A DNA stretch of 39,615 nt, taken from NCBI GenBank assembly GCA_964543205.1, contig CAZIXB010000001.1:1-39615 (forward strand). The letters run 5' to 3'. A program made the position numbers and the translations under genes. This document shows positions 1-9,169 of this stretch, piece by piece (the stretch's first letter is position 1; each line of letters opens with the position of its first letter). The notes under the pieces were generated by a model. It saw only the letters and a program-made list of their open reading frames with translations. It did no database searches and was not told the DNA's origin. The stretch is from an uncultured Victivallales bacterium (GTDB taxonomy: Bacteria > Verrucomicrobiota > Kiritimatiellia > UBA8416 > CAYSRM01).

Positions 1-199
1 CCAACCAGGAGTCCTCGACGCGCAACCACAGCTTCAACCATCACGTCGAAACCGTGTCGCCCCCATATCAATGATGGCTATTTATTAAAGATTAGCCTCA
101 GGGAAGAGAAAATGCAAGGAGAAAGTCAGTCTGCGTCGGGTCATTGGCAACGCCCGCCGAAGCCACCTGGGCGAAGTCGGGTCACTGGCTTTGACCGTA

Positions 200-829
200 T
201 TATGTCTGGTCGCTTTTCTGGAGCAGGGCGGATGCAACTGCTGCGGCTGCCAGGATCTTTATTGCGTCAACAGCCAGAAAAGGCAGGGTTCCTTTTATCA
301 GCAGCTCGCTGATGCCTGAGCGCTGTCCGCTGATCCAGATGCTCCAGAGTCCGAACTGGAAAATTCCTAGACCGTGAATAAGAAGATAATCCGCGGCAAG
401 CATGATGCCGGCCATGGGCCAGAATTTTCGCGCAAGGGGAAAACGATCAGCCATGGCGCCGACGAACAGGGCCGCAAGGACAAAACCGGCTATGTATCCG
501 CCGGTTGGTCCCGTGAGCACGGCAAGGCCGCCTGCTGCGCCTGCAAACCAAGGAATTCCTGCTGCGCCTGCAAACATGTACATACCCATGCTGAGCGCTC
601 CCAACTTTCTGCCCAGAAGCGCTCCGGCTAGAAGGACAGCAAAGGTCTGGCCGGTCAGCGGGATGGGGGTCAAAGGAAGCGGAATTCGGATCTGTGCCAT
701 AAGACCTGTGGCGCAGGCCGTTACTGCTCCTGCCAGCGCCATTCTGCCTATAGAAGGGCTGCTTTTCCATGCAAAAGCTTTTTTCCGGATTGTTGGAAAG
801 TTGTTTATCAAAGTTGGTATATATTGCAT
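200..829 (-). CDS. bioY: Biotin transporter BioY (ECF-type S component)
   Basis: 209-aa ORF encoding a very hydrophobic multi-TM protein. BioY-like segments IRIPLPLTPIPLTGQTFAVLLAGALLG and PTGGYIAGF are present. AGGAG (838-842 read on minus strand) lies 8 nt upstream of the ATG at 829 and supports the long start. Confidence 0.85.
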   Translation of the reverse strand: MQYIPTLINNFPTIRKKAFAWKSSPSIGRMALAGAVTACATGLMAQIRIPLPLTPIPLTGQTFAVLLAGALLGRKLGALSMGMYMFAGAAGIPWFAGAAGGLAVLTGPTGGYIAGFVLAALFVGAMADRFPLARKFWPMAGIMLAADYLLIHGLGIFQFGLWSIWISGQRSGISELLIKGTLPFLAVDAIKILAAAAVASALLQKSDQT

Positions 830-854
830 TTGTTGTGCTCCTGTTTAACTTTTA

Positions 855-883
855 AATATCCCAGAAACCTGTTCGCTGGTCAA
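855..883 (-). promoter_or_regulatory. Candidate sigma70-type promoter for bioY
   Basis: Read on the minus strand: TTGACC (883-878), 17 nt spacer, GATATT (860-855), just upstream of the bioY Shine-Dalgarno. Sequence pattern only. Confidence 0.35.
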
Positions 884-1089
884 GGGGAAGGTGTGTCAGC
901 AATTCTCATTATTACGTTGCCACCCCAGCGTGTTGTGCGGCAAAAGCCGGAGATCCGGGAAAAAGAGGAGAGACGGATGCGGGGTAGTTCCTGTATAGAG
1001 GGCGGGGAGCAGAGTGGACTCGCTGGTGTTTTGGCGAGTCAGCATGTCGGAAGAGTCCATGATTAGAATTGCTGATTTTTGGTGGCCTG

Positions 1090-2148
1090 TCAGGGATACA
1101 TTCCCGGTCTATTCAGGCCTGTGGTTTCAGCCAACCCGAAAAGGATGTTCATGTTCTGTAGCGCGTTACCTGCCTGTCCTTTGACGAGGTTGTCGATGTA
1201 GGAGACCACGCGCAATTGTGCGGTCCTTTCGTCGACACTTATAACCAGGTTGCAGAAATTTGTTCCACGCACATGAACTGTTCCCACCTGTGAGGCCGCG
1301 TTGTAGACCCGGACAAAAGGTGCGTTTTTATAGAACTCGGCATAGACGTTGAAGGCTTCTTCGGCGGAAGCGTTATTCCGGAGTTTTCCGTAAACAGTGG
1401 ACATTATGCCGCGGCATAGCGGAACGACCTGGGCTGTAAACGTGATTTTCACGCTTTCACCTGCAAGTGTTCCCAGTTCTCGTTCTATCTCGCAGACATG
1501 TTGATGTCCGGACAGACGGTAAGCATTCATGTTCTCGTGCCTGGCCGGATAATGAAAAGTTTCGCTGGCTTTTCTTCCGGCCCCGGAAACGCCGGTCTTG
1601 CAGTCGCAGATCATGCTGTCCAGGGATATGAGCCCGCTTTTTACCGCGGGTGCGAGTCCGAGAGTTGAGCTTACAGCGAAACAACCCGGATTGCCTACTA
1701 TCTGCGCTTTCGAGTCTATGGCCTCCTTCTGCAATTCGGGAAGTCCGTATGCGCTTCTGGCGAGGAGTTCAGGGCAGGCGTGGACTGGGTCAAGCCCGAT
1801 TCTACCGGCATAGTCGGCGTATGCTTCTTCGTTATTGAACCGAAAATCACCGCTATAATCGACCACTTTTGCTCCTTGCCCGACTTCTGCCGGGGCCAGG
1901 TTCATCCCCGCTCTATCTGGGGTTGCCATGAAAACGACATCGTAACCGCTTTGTGCAGCGGGATCTTCCGGGGGCAGAATCGGCAGATCGCAGAAGCCGG
2001 CGAGATGGGGAAACACCTCGCCCATGGTCTTGCCGTTGTTTTCAATGTCTACAATGGCCGAGACCTCTGCTTTGGGATGCTGTCGCAGAAGTTCAATAAT
2101 TCCGACTCCGCCGAAGCCGCAGGCTCCGACTACTTTTGCCTTGATCAT
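1090..2148 (-). CDS. argC: N-acetyl-gamma-glutamyl-phosphate reductase
   Basis: 352-aa ORF with an N-terminal Rossmann motif (VVGACGFGGVGIIELL), the catalytic Cys motif GNPGCFAVS and C-terminal DNLVKGQAGNALQNMN, all typical of ArgC. GGAG lies 8 nt upstream of the ATG. Confidence 0.9.
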   Translation of the reverse strand: MIKAKVVGACGFGGVGIIELLRQHPKAEVSAIVDIENNGKTMGEVFPHLAGFCDLPILPPEDPAAQSGYDVVFMATPDRAGMNLAPAEVGQGAKVVDYSGDFRFNNEEAYADYAGRIGLDPVHACPELLARSAYGLPELQKEAIDSKAQIVGNPGCFAVSSTLGLAPAVKSGLISLDSMICDCKTGVSGAGRKASETFHYPARHENMNAYRLSGHQHVCEIERELGTLAGESVKITFTAQVVPLCRGIMSTVYGKLRNNASAEEAFNVYAEFYKNAPFVRVYNAASQVGTVHVRGTNFCNLVISVDERTAQLRVVSYIDNLVKGQAGNALQNMNILFGLAETTGLNRPGMYP

Positions 2149-2290
2149 AACTCTATCTCCACATAGATTCGCTGGTTTAAGGATTTAACCGGCATTTGCC
2201 TGTTCCTGTTTAACCGGAAAGGTTTCATGCCTAAGTGGACTATGCAGAGAAGCAGACTTGCTGTCCAGCCGAAAAAAACGGTTGTCGTTT

Positions 2291-3901
2291 ATGAAAACCA
2301 TAGATGTTGATTATTTTATCATTGGAAGCGGAATTGCCGGACTCATGTCGGCGCTTCACCTGTCTAAAAAGGGCAGGGCGCTTGTTGTGACCAAGAAAGA
2401 CAGCGCTGAAAGCAACACGAATTATGCTCAGGGAGGGATTGCGTGCGTAATGGGGCGCGGTGACAGTTTTGACAGGCACATCGAAGACACACTGGAAGCG
2501 GGCGCCGGCCTTTGCGATCCGGATGTTGTAAGGAAGGTTGTTGAAGAAGGGCCAAAGCGGATAGCCGAACTGGAGAATCTGGGAATGAGCTTTACGGAAC
2601 GAGAAGATGTTCCCAGCGGCGGATATGATCTCGGCAAAGAGGGCGGTCATTCTAAAAGGCGTGTTCTGCACAGCGGGGATGTAACTGGCCAGAGCGTTGA
2701 AAAAGTTTTGCTGGAGCGTGTCCAGGAGTCACCAGACATTGTTATTAACGAGAGATGCATGGTGATTGATCTCATAACAACAGGGTGGCTTGGGGTATCC
2801 GGAGAAAACCGTTGTGTTGGCGCTTATGTTCTTGATTGCAAAAGCTCTGAAGTTTTTGCTGTGCGCGCGCCATGTACCGTGGTGGCAAGCGGCGGGGGCG
2901 GAAAGGTATATTTATATACCAGCAACCCGGATATTGCCACCGGGGACGGGGTTGCAATGGCGTGGAGGGCGGGCGCGAGGATTAAGAATATGGAGTTTAT
3001 TCAATTTCACCCCACCTGCCTGTATCATCCTGAAGCCAAGTCTTTTCTTATAAGCGAAGCTGTAAGAGGAGAAGGGGCTGTCCTTCTTGACGGCAGGGGC
3101 AGGGCTTTTATGAAGGAATATGATTCAAGAGCTGAACTTGCCCCCCGTGATATTGTCGCAAGGGCTATTGACAGGGAAATGAAGGTTTCGGGTCTGCATT
3201 GTGTTTACCTGGACATAAGGCGCAGAGGCAAAGAGTTTCTCATGAGCCGTTTTCCGAATATTTATCGCACCTGTGAGAGTTTCGGAATAGACATGGCATG
3301 CGATCTTATTCCTGTTGTGCCTGCGGCTCACTATTTTTGCGGAGGCATAGACGCCGGTGTAGACGGCAGAACAAGCATCCCGGGGTTGTTGGCATGCGGG
3401 GAGGCCGCCTGCACAGGGTTGCATGGCGCCAACAGGCTTGCAAGCAATTCGCTTCTTGAGGCCCTGGTATGTTCTCACCTTATGGCCGAGGCCAGGGACG
3501 CAGATTATTTTCCGGGAGATCTGCCGGAATTTCCCCAGTGGGAAACAGGCGGGGCTGTATCGAGCGATGAAGCGATTGTGGTTGAACACAACTGGAACGA
3601 GGTGCGCACCTGCATGTGGGACTACGTGGGAATAGTCAGAAGCAGTAAGCGCCTGGAGCGCGCCGGGAGAAGGATACGAACCCTCAGGCAGGAGATTCGA
3701 GAGTATTACCTGGATTATCTGCTTACTGTTGATATCCTTGAGCTCAGGAACATTGCAGCGGTGGCCGAACTTATTGTGCGCAGCGCACAATTGAGGAACG
3801 AAAGCCGGGGACTTCATTATACTCTTGATTATCCCGGGCTGCTTCCCGACGCGCATGAAACTGTTATAAGCGATGTGCCCGGCAGCCACAGAAAAAAATA
3901 G
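2291..3901 (+). CDS. nadB: L-aspartate oxidase
   Basis: FAD dinucleotide-binding motif DYFIIGSGIAGL is near the N-terminus. Flavoprotein motifs GGIACV and HGANRLASNSLLEALV are present, and the ~536-aa length fits NadB rather than SdhA/FrdA. The ORF track opens at a TTG at 2258; I prefer the ATG at 2291 (MKTIDVDYF...). Start uncertain. Confidence 0.85.
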   Translation: MKTIDVDYFIIGSGIAGLMSALHLSKKGRALVVTKKDSAESNTNYAQGGIACVMGRGDSFDRHIEDTLEAGAGLCDPDVVRKVVEEGPKRIAELENLGMSFTEREDVPSGGYDLGKEGGHSKRRVLHSGDVTGQSVEKVLLERVQESPDIVINERCMVIDLITTGWLGVSGENRCVGAYVLDCKSSEVFAVRAPCTVVASGGGGKVYLYTSNPDIATGDGVAMAWRAGARIKNMEFIQFHPTCLYHPEAKSFLISEAVRGEGAVLLDGRGRAFMKEYDSRAELAPRDIVARAIDREMKVSGLHCVYLDIRRRGKEFLMSRFPNIYRTCESFGIDMACDLIPVVPAAHYFCGGIDAGVDGRTSIPGLLACGEAACTGLHGANRLASNSLLEALVCSHLMAEARDADYFPGDLPEFPQWETGGAVSSDEAIVVEHNWNEVRTCMWDYVGIVRSSKRLERAGRRIRTLRQEIREYYLDYLLTVDILELRNIAAVAELIVRSAQLRNESRGLHYTLDYPGLLPDAHETVISDVPGSHRKK

Positions 3902-3998
3902 ACCGCCAGTAGGGACGGGGAGCATCTCGTTTTCTTGTGAGACGCAATCGGCCCTTCTTTTTGCGAGACGCAACCCGCCCTTTTTGGGAGGAGAAATA

Positions 3999-5948
3999 AT
4001 GGGAAAAGGAATTGTAGAGAAAATCATTGCCGAACATCTGGTTGAAGGAAAGATGGAAGCCGGTTGTGAAGTAGGCTTAAAGATTGACCATACTTTGACG
4101 CAGGATGCCACCGGCACCATGGCCTATCTTGAATTTGAGGCAATGGGTCTTGACCGGGTTAGAAATGAACTTGCTGTAAGTTACATTGACCACAATACCG
4201 TTCAAGTCGGGCCTGAAAACGCCGATGATCACGCATTTCTCAGGAGCGCAGCGGCCAAATACGGGGCCATCTTTTCACGTCCGGGCAATGGCATTTGCCA
4301 TCAAATTCATCTCGAAAGGTTCGGAGCGCCGGGAAAGACGTTGCTTGGTTCGGATTCTCATACGGCTACTGGCGGTGGCGCAGGGATGCTTGCTATCGGG
4401 GCTGGAGGAATTGATGTTGCCGCGGCGATGGGTGGCAGACCATTTTACGTGACAATGCCGCAGGTAGCGCAAATTGAACTGAAAGGATCGCTGCGACCTT
4501 GGGTTTCTGCAAAAGACATCATACTCAAGACGCTTGAAATATTCGGGACAAAGGGAAACGTGGGAACCGTTTTTGAATATGTGGGCGATGCTGTCGCAAA
4601 ACTGGACGTCCCTGAACGCGCGACGATTGCCAATATGGGAGCCGAATGCGGAGTAACTTCCTCGGTATTTCCAAGCGACGAGCGCACCAAAGCTTTTCTA
4701 GAGGCGCAGGGCCGAGGGCATATGTGGAGAGAACTCAAGGCCGACGAAGACGCAACTTACGAAAGAAAAGTGGAAATAGATCTTTCCGGGTTGGAGCCGC
4801 TGGCAGCCACGCCGCATTCGCCGGGAAACATTGCGACCGTTGCTTCGCTGAGCGGGACGAGGGTTGACCAGGTTCTTATCGGCTCTTGCACGAATGCTTC
4901 TTACAGGGACCTGAAGACTGTTGCAAAGATTCTCGAAGGCAGGCGCATTCATCCATCGGTAAGTTTTGGCGTTGCCCCGGGCTCAAGGCAGGTTTTGAAA
5001 ATGATAACGAAAGAAGGCCTCTTGACGACATTGATGGATTCGGGCGCGCGGATATTGGAAAGCGCGTGCGGGTTCTGTATAGGCAATTCCGTATCGCCGG
5101 GAACCGGCGCGGTATCGGTCCGCACTTCGAATAGAAACTTTGAGGGAAGATCGGGAACGCCATCGGCCGGCATATACCTGGTCAGCCCGGAAACTGCCGC
5201 GCTTACAGCTCTTTACGGCCGCTTCACAGAAGCGGCTTCTGTTGATGGTCTGGAGTATCCGAGCGTAAGCATGCCTGAAATTTTCGACGTTGACGATTCA
5301 ATGTTTGAATATCCGCCCGATGACGGCTCCGTTATTGAGCTTGAAAAGAGCGGGAGTATAGGCGATGTGCCCTTAGCCGGGGAACCGGCCGACACGATAC
5401 GCGGGGTTGCGTCCATAAAAGTTGGCGATAAAATAACTACTGATCATATTATGCCTGCCGGGTCGCGTCTCAAGTACAGGTCCAACATAGAAAAATACGC
5501 CAGTTTTGTGTTTGAAGGTGTTGACCCCGGGTTTGTGTTGAGGGCAAAAGAGAATATGGATAATGGCTCGGCCAATTTTATTATTGCCGGTGAATCTTAC
5601 GGGCAGGGTTCGAGCAGGGAACATGCCGCGATGTGTCCGATGCGCCTGGGCGTGAAAGCTGTGCTGGCCAAATCCATTGAAAGGATTCACAGAACAAATC
5701 TTATCAATTTCGGCATATTGCCCTCTGTTTTTAAAGATGCCAGGGACTATGATAATGTGGAATCGGGGGATGACCTTGAATTTGAAGGGGTAATAGACTG
5801 CCTTAAGTCTGGAGGAGGCCTGATTCTGCGAAACCTCAGCAGGGGAGTTGACATTGCTGTTAGCATTGACCTCAGTTCGAGAGAACGGGCCATAATGCTG
5901 GCCGGAGGATTGTTGAATTACGTGCGGATGGCGGAAGCAAACAGATGA
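3999..5948 (+). CDS. acn: Aconitate hydratase (aconitase family, short ~650-aa form)
   Basis: Aconitase Fe-S and substrate motifs are present: [29 protein letters not shown], plus a C-terminal swivel domain ([14 protein letters not shown]). GGGAGGAG lies 8 nt upstream of the ATG at 3999. The ORF-track start at 3873 overlaps the nadB end and has no SD. The gene is adjacent to icd. Confidence 0.85.
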   Translation: MGKGIVEKIIAEHLVEGKMEAGCEVGLKIDHTLTQDATGTMAYLEFEAMGLDRVRNELAVSYIDHNTVQVGPENADDHAFLRSAAAKYGAIFSRPGNGICHQIHLERFGAPGKTLLGSDSHTATGGGAGMLAIGAGGIDVAAAMGGRPFYVTMPQVAQIELKGSLRPWVSAKDIILKTLEIFGTKGNVGTVFEYVGDAVAKLDVPERATIANMGAECGVTSSVFPSDERTKAFLEAQGRGHMWRELKADEDATYERKVEIDLSGLEPLAATPHSPGNIATVASLSGTRVDQVLIGSCTNASYRDLKTVAKILEGRRIHPSVSFGVAPGSRQVLKMITKEGLLTTLMDSGARILESACGFCIGNSVSPGTGAVSVRTSNRNFEGRSGTPSAGIYLVSPETAALTALYGRFTEAASVDGLEYPSVSMPEIFDVDDSMFEYPPDDGSVIELEKSGSIGDVPLAGEPADTIRGVASIKVGDKITTDHIMPAGSRLKYRSNIEKYASFVFEGVDPGFVLRAKENMDNGSANFIIAGESYGQGSSREHAAMCPMRLGVKAVLAKSIERIHRTNLINFGILPSVFKDARDYDNVESGDDLEFEGVIDCLKSGGGLILRNLSRGVDIAVSIDLSSRERAIMLAGGLLNYVRMAEANR

Positions 5949-6000
5949 TGAACCCGATAGCGTATGCGCCGGCGCATTGAGTTGGAAAGTGAATAGGGAA

Positions 6001-7272
6001 ATGAAATATAATAAAATACAAGTGCCTGCCGAAGGCGAGAAGATTGAAGCAGGTCCCGACGGGATGCTGAAGGTTCCTGCCCATCCGGTAATACCCTATA
6101 TAGAAGGCGACGGTATCGGCCCTGATATTACCGCTGCGGCCATGACTGTATGGAATGCGGCTGTGGAAAGAGCTTACGGAAGCGAGCGCAGCATTCAGTG
6201 GATGGAGATTTTTGCCGGAGAAAAAGCCGTCCGTGTATACGGTCCGGATGTCTGGTTGCCGGAGGAAACATTCCAGGCAATAAGAGATTATAGAGTTGCC
6301 ATCAAGGGCCCGCTTACCACGCCAGTGGGCGGCGGAATCCGGTCTTTAAATGTAAGCCTGAGGCAGAGACTTGATCTCTATGTATGTCTGCGTCCTGTTC
6401 GATGGTTCGAAGGAGTTCCCACGCCGGTCAAGAGGCCGGATCTTACTCGGATGGCGGTTTTTCGCGAGAATACCGAAGACATCTATGCCGGTATTGAGTG
6501 GGATGCGGGAACACCGGAAGCCGCCAAGGTGGTTGATTTTCTTCGGGGTGAAATGGGCGTGACATCTATTCGTTTTCCCGATACATCGTCTATAGGCATA
6601 AAGCCTGTTTCGCGCGAAGGTTCGGAAAGGCTCATAAGGGCAGCGGTAAACTATGCGGCAACCAACGGGCTTCCAAGCGTAACACTGGTTCATAAGGGCA
6701 ACATAATGAAGTATACAGAGGGCGGCTTCAAGAAGTGGGGGCAGGATCTTGTGAGGCGGGAAATGTCCGATGTGGCAGTGGTCGCCGAAGACTGCCATGA
6801 CTCTCCCGGAGGGCTGGGAAAACCTCCGGCGGGCAAGGTTATAATTAAAGATGTTATTGCCGACGCCTTTCTTCAGCAGATACTCACGCGTCCTGGAGAA
6901 TACTCCGTGATTGCCACTATGAACCTTAACGGCGACTATATTTCGGACGCCCTTGCCGCTTGCGTGGGGGGCATAGGCATAGCTCCCGGCGGAAATATAA
7001 ATTACGAAAGCGGCGTGGCGCTATTTGAAGCCACGCATGGAACAGCGCCGAAATATGCGGGGCAGGATAAAGTCAATCCGGGTTCTTTGATACTGTCCGG
7101 CGAGATGCTGCTCAGGCACATTGGGTGGAACGAAGCCGCGGATTTTGTCTTGAAGGGTATGGGCGCGGCAATAAAGGCAGGGAAGGTAACCTATGATTTT
7201 GCGCGCATGATGGATGATGCTAAAGAGGTCAAGTGCAGCGAGTTCGGACGGGTAGTGGCGGACAATATGTGA
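6001..7272 (+). CDS. icd: NADP-dependent isocitrate dehydrogenase (homodimeric prokaryotic type)
   Basis: [22 protein letters not shown] is nearly identical to the E. coli Icd phospho-serine loop. The signature [26 protein letters not shown] is also present. The ATG at 6001 is preceded by AGGGA; the track start at 5977 is a TTG. Confidence 0.92.
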   Translation: MKYNKIQVPAEGEKIEAGPDGMLKVPAHPVIPYIEGDGIGPDITAAAMTVWNAAVERAYGSERSIQWMEIFAGEKAVRVYGPDVWLPEETFQAIRDYRVAIKGPLTTPVGGGIRSLNVSLRQRLDLYVCLRPVRWFEGVPTPVKRPDLTRMAVFRENTEDIYAGIEWDAGTPEAAKVVDFLRGEMGVTSIRFPDTSSIGIKPVSREGSERLIRAAVNYAATNGLPSVTLVHKGNIMKYTEGGFKKWGQDLVRREMSDVAVVAEDCHDSPGGLGKPPAGKVIIKDVIADAFLQQILTRPGEYSVIATMNLNGDYISDALAACVGGIGIAPGGNINYESGVALFEATHGTAPKYAGQDKVNPGSLILSGEMLLRHIGWNEAADFVLKGMGAAIKAGKVTYDFARMMDDAKEVKCSEFGRVVADNM

Positions 7273-7346
7273 CCCCGCAGCAGCCGTTAATTCTTTTCTT
7301 TTGAAAAAGCATTCAAAAAAAAGTTTATTTTCTTGTAAAAAACCCT

Positions 7347-7375
7347 TTGACAGCGTCCCCGTGTCTGGTAATATT
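7347..7375 (+). promoter_or_regulatory. Strong sigma70-type promoter with upstream A/T-rich (UP-like) tract
   Basis: TTGACA (7347-7352), 16/17 nt spacer, TAATAT/AATATT (7369-7375). It is preceded by ~60 nt of A/T-rich sequence (7290-7343). This is the first promoter-like signal of the co-directional tRNA-Thr/tuf cluster. Confidence 0.55.
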
Positions 7376-7431
7376 ACGCGATTTTTGTGGTATTTAGCTT
7401 AGCGAATAAACATTTTTAATATCTCTTTGAG

Positions 7432-7490
7432 ACAACAGAGTGGCGCTTGCGCTCATGTAGGCGGTGGTGGCGTTACGCTCTGTTGTTTTT
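7432..7490 (+). terminator. Intrinsic-terminator-like long hairpin followed by a T5 tract, between the promoter and tRNA-Thr
   Basis: Basal stem ACAACAGAGTG (7432-7442) pairs with CGCTCTGTTGT (7476-7486): 11 bp including one G-U. The interior is imperfect and GC-rich. A T run at 7486-7490 follows. Confidence 0.3.
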
Positions 7491-7536
7491 GCCGTACAGG
7501 CTGGGTTGATACGGCAGGACGAGGAGCGGGACAGCC

Positions 7537-7612
7537 GCCCATGTAGCTCAGTTGGCAGAGCGCATCCTTGGTAAGGATGAGGTCAGCGGTTCAAACCCGC
7601 TCATGGGCTCCA
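7537..7612 (+). tRNA. tRNA-Thr (anticodon GGT)
   Basis: Cloverleaf read by eye. Acceptor GCCCATG/CATGGGC, D-arm TAGCTCAGTTGGCAGAGC, anticodon stem CATCC/GGATG with loop TTGGTAA, T-arm GCGGTTCAAACCCGC, and an encoded CCA. This is the classic position upstream of tuf. Confidence 0.93.
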
Positions 7613-7666
7613 CGGGTACAAATGGGGATTAACTCATAAAGAAGAAAAAGTTGGAGGAAGACTGAG

Positions 7667-8875
7667 ATGGCTAAAGAAAAATTTGAACGGACTATGCCGC
7701 ACGTGAATGTAGGGACGATTGGTCATGTTGACCATGGCAAGACCACATTGACTGCGGCTATCACGAAGGTGCAGTCCCTGAAAGGCAAGAGCGATTTCAT
7801 CGCATATGACGAAGTCGCGAAGGCATCTGAAGCGCATGGACGCCGTGATGCTACAAAGATTCTAACTATTGCCACATCTCATGTGGAATACAGTTCAGAC
7901 AAGCGTCATTATGCTCATGTGGATTGCCCGGGGCACGCGGACTATGTCAAGAATATGGTAACCGGCGCGGCCCAGATGGATGGGGCGATATTGGTTGTGA
8001 GCGCAGCGGACGGTCCCATGCCGCAGACACGGGAACATATCCTGCTGGCCCGTCAGGTTGGCGTGCCCGCCATAGTGGTATTCCTTAATAAGGTGGACCT
8101 GGTGGATGATCCCGAGTTGCTGGATCTGGTGGAGCTGGAAGTCAGGGAGTTGCTTTCGAAATATGATTATCCGGGTGACGACATACCGATAGTCAGAGGT
8201 GACTCACTCTCCGCCACTAAGGTTGAGTCGGCGGATGATCCTGCTTGCGAATGTATTGGCGAACTCATGGAGGCTCTGGATTCAGCGATCCCGGAACCGG
8301 TGCGCGCGATCGACCAGGATTTCCTGATGCCTATAGAGGATGTATTCTCGATTGAAGGACGTGGCACGGTTGTTACCGGCAGAGTGGAGCGAGGCATTAT
8401 TAAGACAAGTGAGCCCGTTGAGATAGTGGGTCTCAAGGATACTCAGCAGACAACGGCCACCGGCGTTGAGATGTTCCGCAAGCTGCTTGACGAAGGCCGG
8501 GCCGGCGACAATATCGGGGTACTGCTCCGTGGAACCAAGAAGGACCAGGTGGAACGCGGGCAGGTGCTTGCGAAGCCGGGATCAATTACTCCGCATACCA
8601 AATTCAGCGCTGAGGTCTATGTGTTGAGCAAGGAAGAAGGCGGAAGGCATACACCATTCTTCAAGGGATATCGTCCTCAGTTCTTCTTCCGGACAACGGA
8701 TGTAACCGGGAATGTTACTTTGCCTGAAGGCGTAGAGATGGTTATGCCCGGCGACAATATCAGCATGGAAGTGGATCTGATACAGCCGATCGCCATGGAA
8801 GAAAAGATGCGCTTTGCGATACGTGAAGGCGGCCGGACGGTCGGGGCCGGAACTGTCACGAAGATTGTCGAATAG
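7667..8875 (+). CDS. tuf: Elongation factor Tu
   Basis: 402 aa and near-canonical throughout: [53 protein letters not shown] is present. The switch-I region is atypical (see findings). Confidence 0.98.
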   Translation: MAKEKFERTMPHVNVGTIGHVDHGKTTLTAAITKVQSLKGKSDFIAYDEVAKASEAHGRRDATKILTIATSHVEYSSDKRHYAHVDCPGHADYVKNMVTGAAQMDGAILVVSAADGPMPQTREHILLARQVGVPAIVVFLNKVDLVDDPELLDLVELEVRELLSKYDYPGDDIPIVRGDSLSATKVESADDPACECIGELMEALDSAIPEPVRAIDQDFLMPIEDVFSIEGRGTVVTGRVERGIIKTSEPVEIVGLKDTQQTTATGVEMFRKLLDEGRAGDNIGVLLRGTKKDQVERGQVLAKPGSITPHTKFSAEVYVLSKEEGGRHTPFFKGYRPQFFFRTTDVTGNVTLPEGVEMVMPGDNISMEVDLIQPIAMEEKMRFAIREGGRTVGAGTVTKIVE

Positions 8876-8929
8876 AAAATAGGAGTCGGTTGAATCCGGC
8901 GTGAGTGAAGATGAGGGACGGGATCAGCT

Positions 8930-9082
8930 ATGCCGAGAGAGCAGGCCATACTGGAGTGTACGAAGTGCAAAAGGCGCAACTACACTACGACCAGAAATAA
9001 AAAGACGATGACGAATCGGCTGGAAATGAAGAAGTATTGCCGGTTTGACAAAGAACGGACCGTTCACAAGGAAATACGCTGA
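8930..9082 (+). CDS. rpmG: 50S ribosomal protein L33
   Basis: Not in the ORF track (50 aa). Translation MPREQAILECTKCKRRNYTTTRNKKTMTNRLEMKKYCRFDKERTVHKEIR matches the L33 pattern. The position between tuf and tRNA-Trp/secE is conserved. Confidence 0.9.
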   Translation: MPREQAILECTKCKRRNYTTTRNKKTMTNRLEMKKYCRFDKERTVHKEIR

Positions 9083-9092
9083 GTCTGGCTCT

Positions 9093-9169
9093 AGGCCAGT
9101 AGCTCAACTTGGCAGAGCACCGGTCTCCAAAACCGGTGGTTGGGGGTTCGAGTCCCTCCTGGCCTGCCA
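9093..9169 (+). tRNA. tRNA-Trp (anticodon CCA)
   Basis: Acceptor AGGCCAG/CTGGCCT, D-arm TAGCTCAACTTGGCAGAGC, anticodon stem CCGGT/ACCGG with loop CTCCAAA, T-arm GGGGGTTCGAGTCCCTC, and an encoded CCA. Lies immediately upstream of secE as in many bacteria. Confidence 0.92.

Noticed and set aside
1-74. Possible gene fragment at the left window edge: a plus-frame ORF ending at TGA 72-74, or a minus-strand ORF starting near 45-71
   Set aside because: Only ~23 codons are visible, both strands give open frames and there is no diagnostic motif or clear SD. This cannot be resolved from the window.
112-848. Plus-strand ORFs 112-312, 374-631 and 402-848
   Set aside because: They overlap bioY on the opposite strand or run into its downstream spacer. 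Their products are Arg/Pro/Ala-rich translations with no motifs, whereas BioY on the minus strand is clearly the real product.
824-1066. 80-aa plus-strand ORF (and a 56-aa minus-strand ORF) in the bioY-argC spacer
   Set aside because: Neither has an SD and neither resembles anything I know. The spacer is better explained as the bioY promoter region and the argC 3' region. I cannot support either as a gene.
3939-3985. GACGCAA..GCC strings as a c-di-GMP-I (GEMM-I) riboswitch fragment
   Set aside because: As far as I recall the motif, only the short GACGCAA(N)GCC string resembles the riboswitch core. The partner elements (the CACAGGGCAAACC-type strand and the tetraloop/receptor helices) are absent. 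The gene context (aconitase) does not fit either.
3125-4120. 331-aa minus-strand ORF spanning the nadB 3' half and the acn start
   Set aside because: It is antisense to two well-supported genes and crosses their intergenic repeat. It has low-complexity, shadow-type composition.
7441-7536. Additional or degenerate tRNA (Tyr/Gly often accompany tRNA-Thr upstream of tuf)
   Set aside because: No acceptor-stem pairing, no GTTCRANYC-type T-loop and no cloverleaf can be drawn. The region folds as simple hairpins instead.
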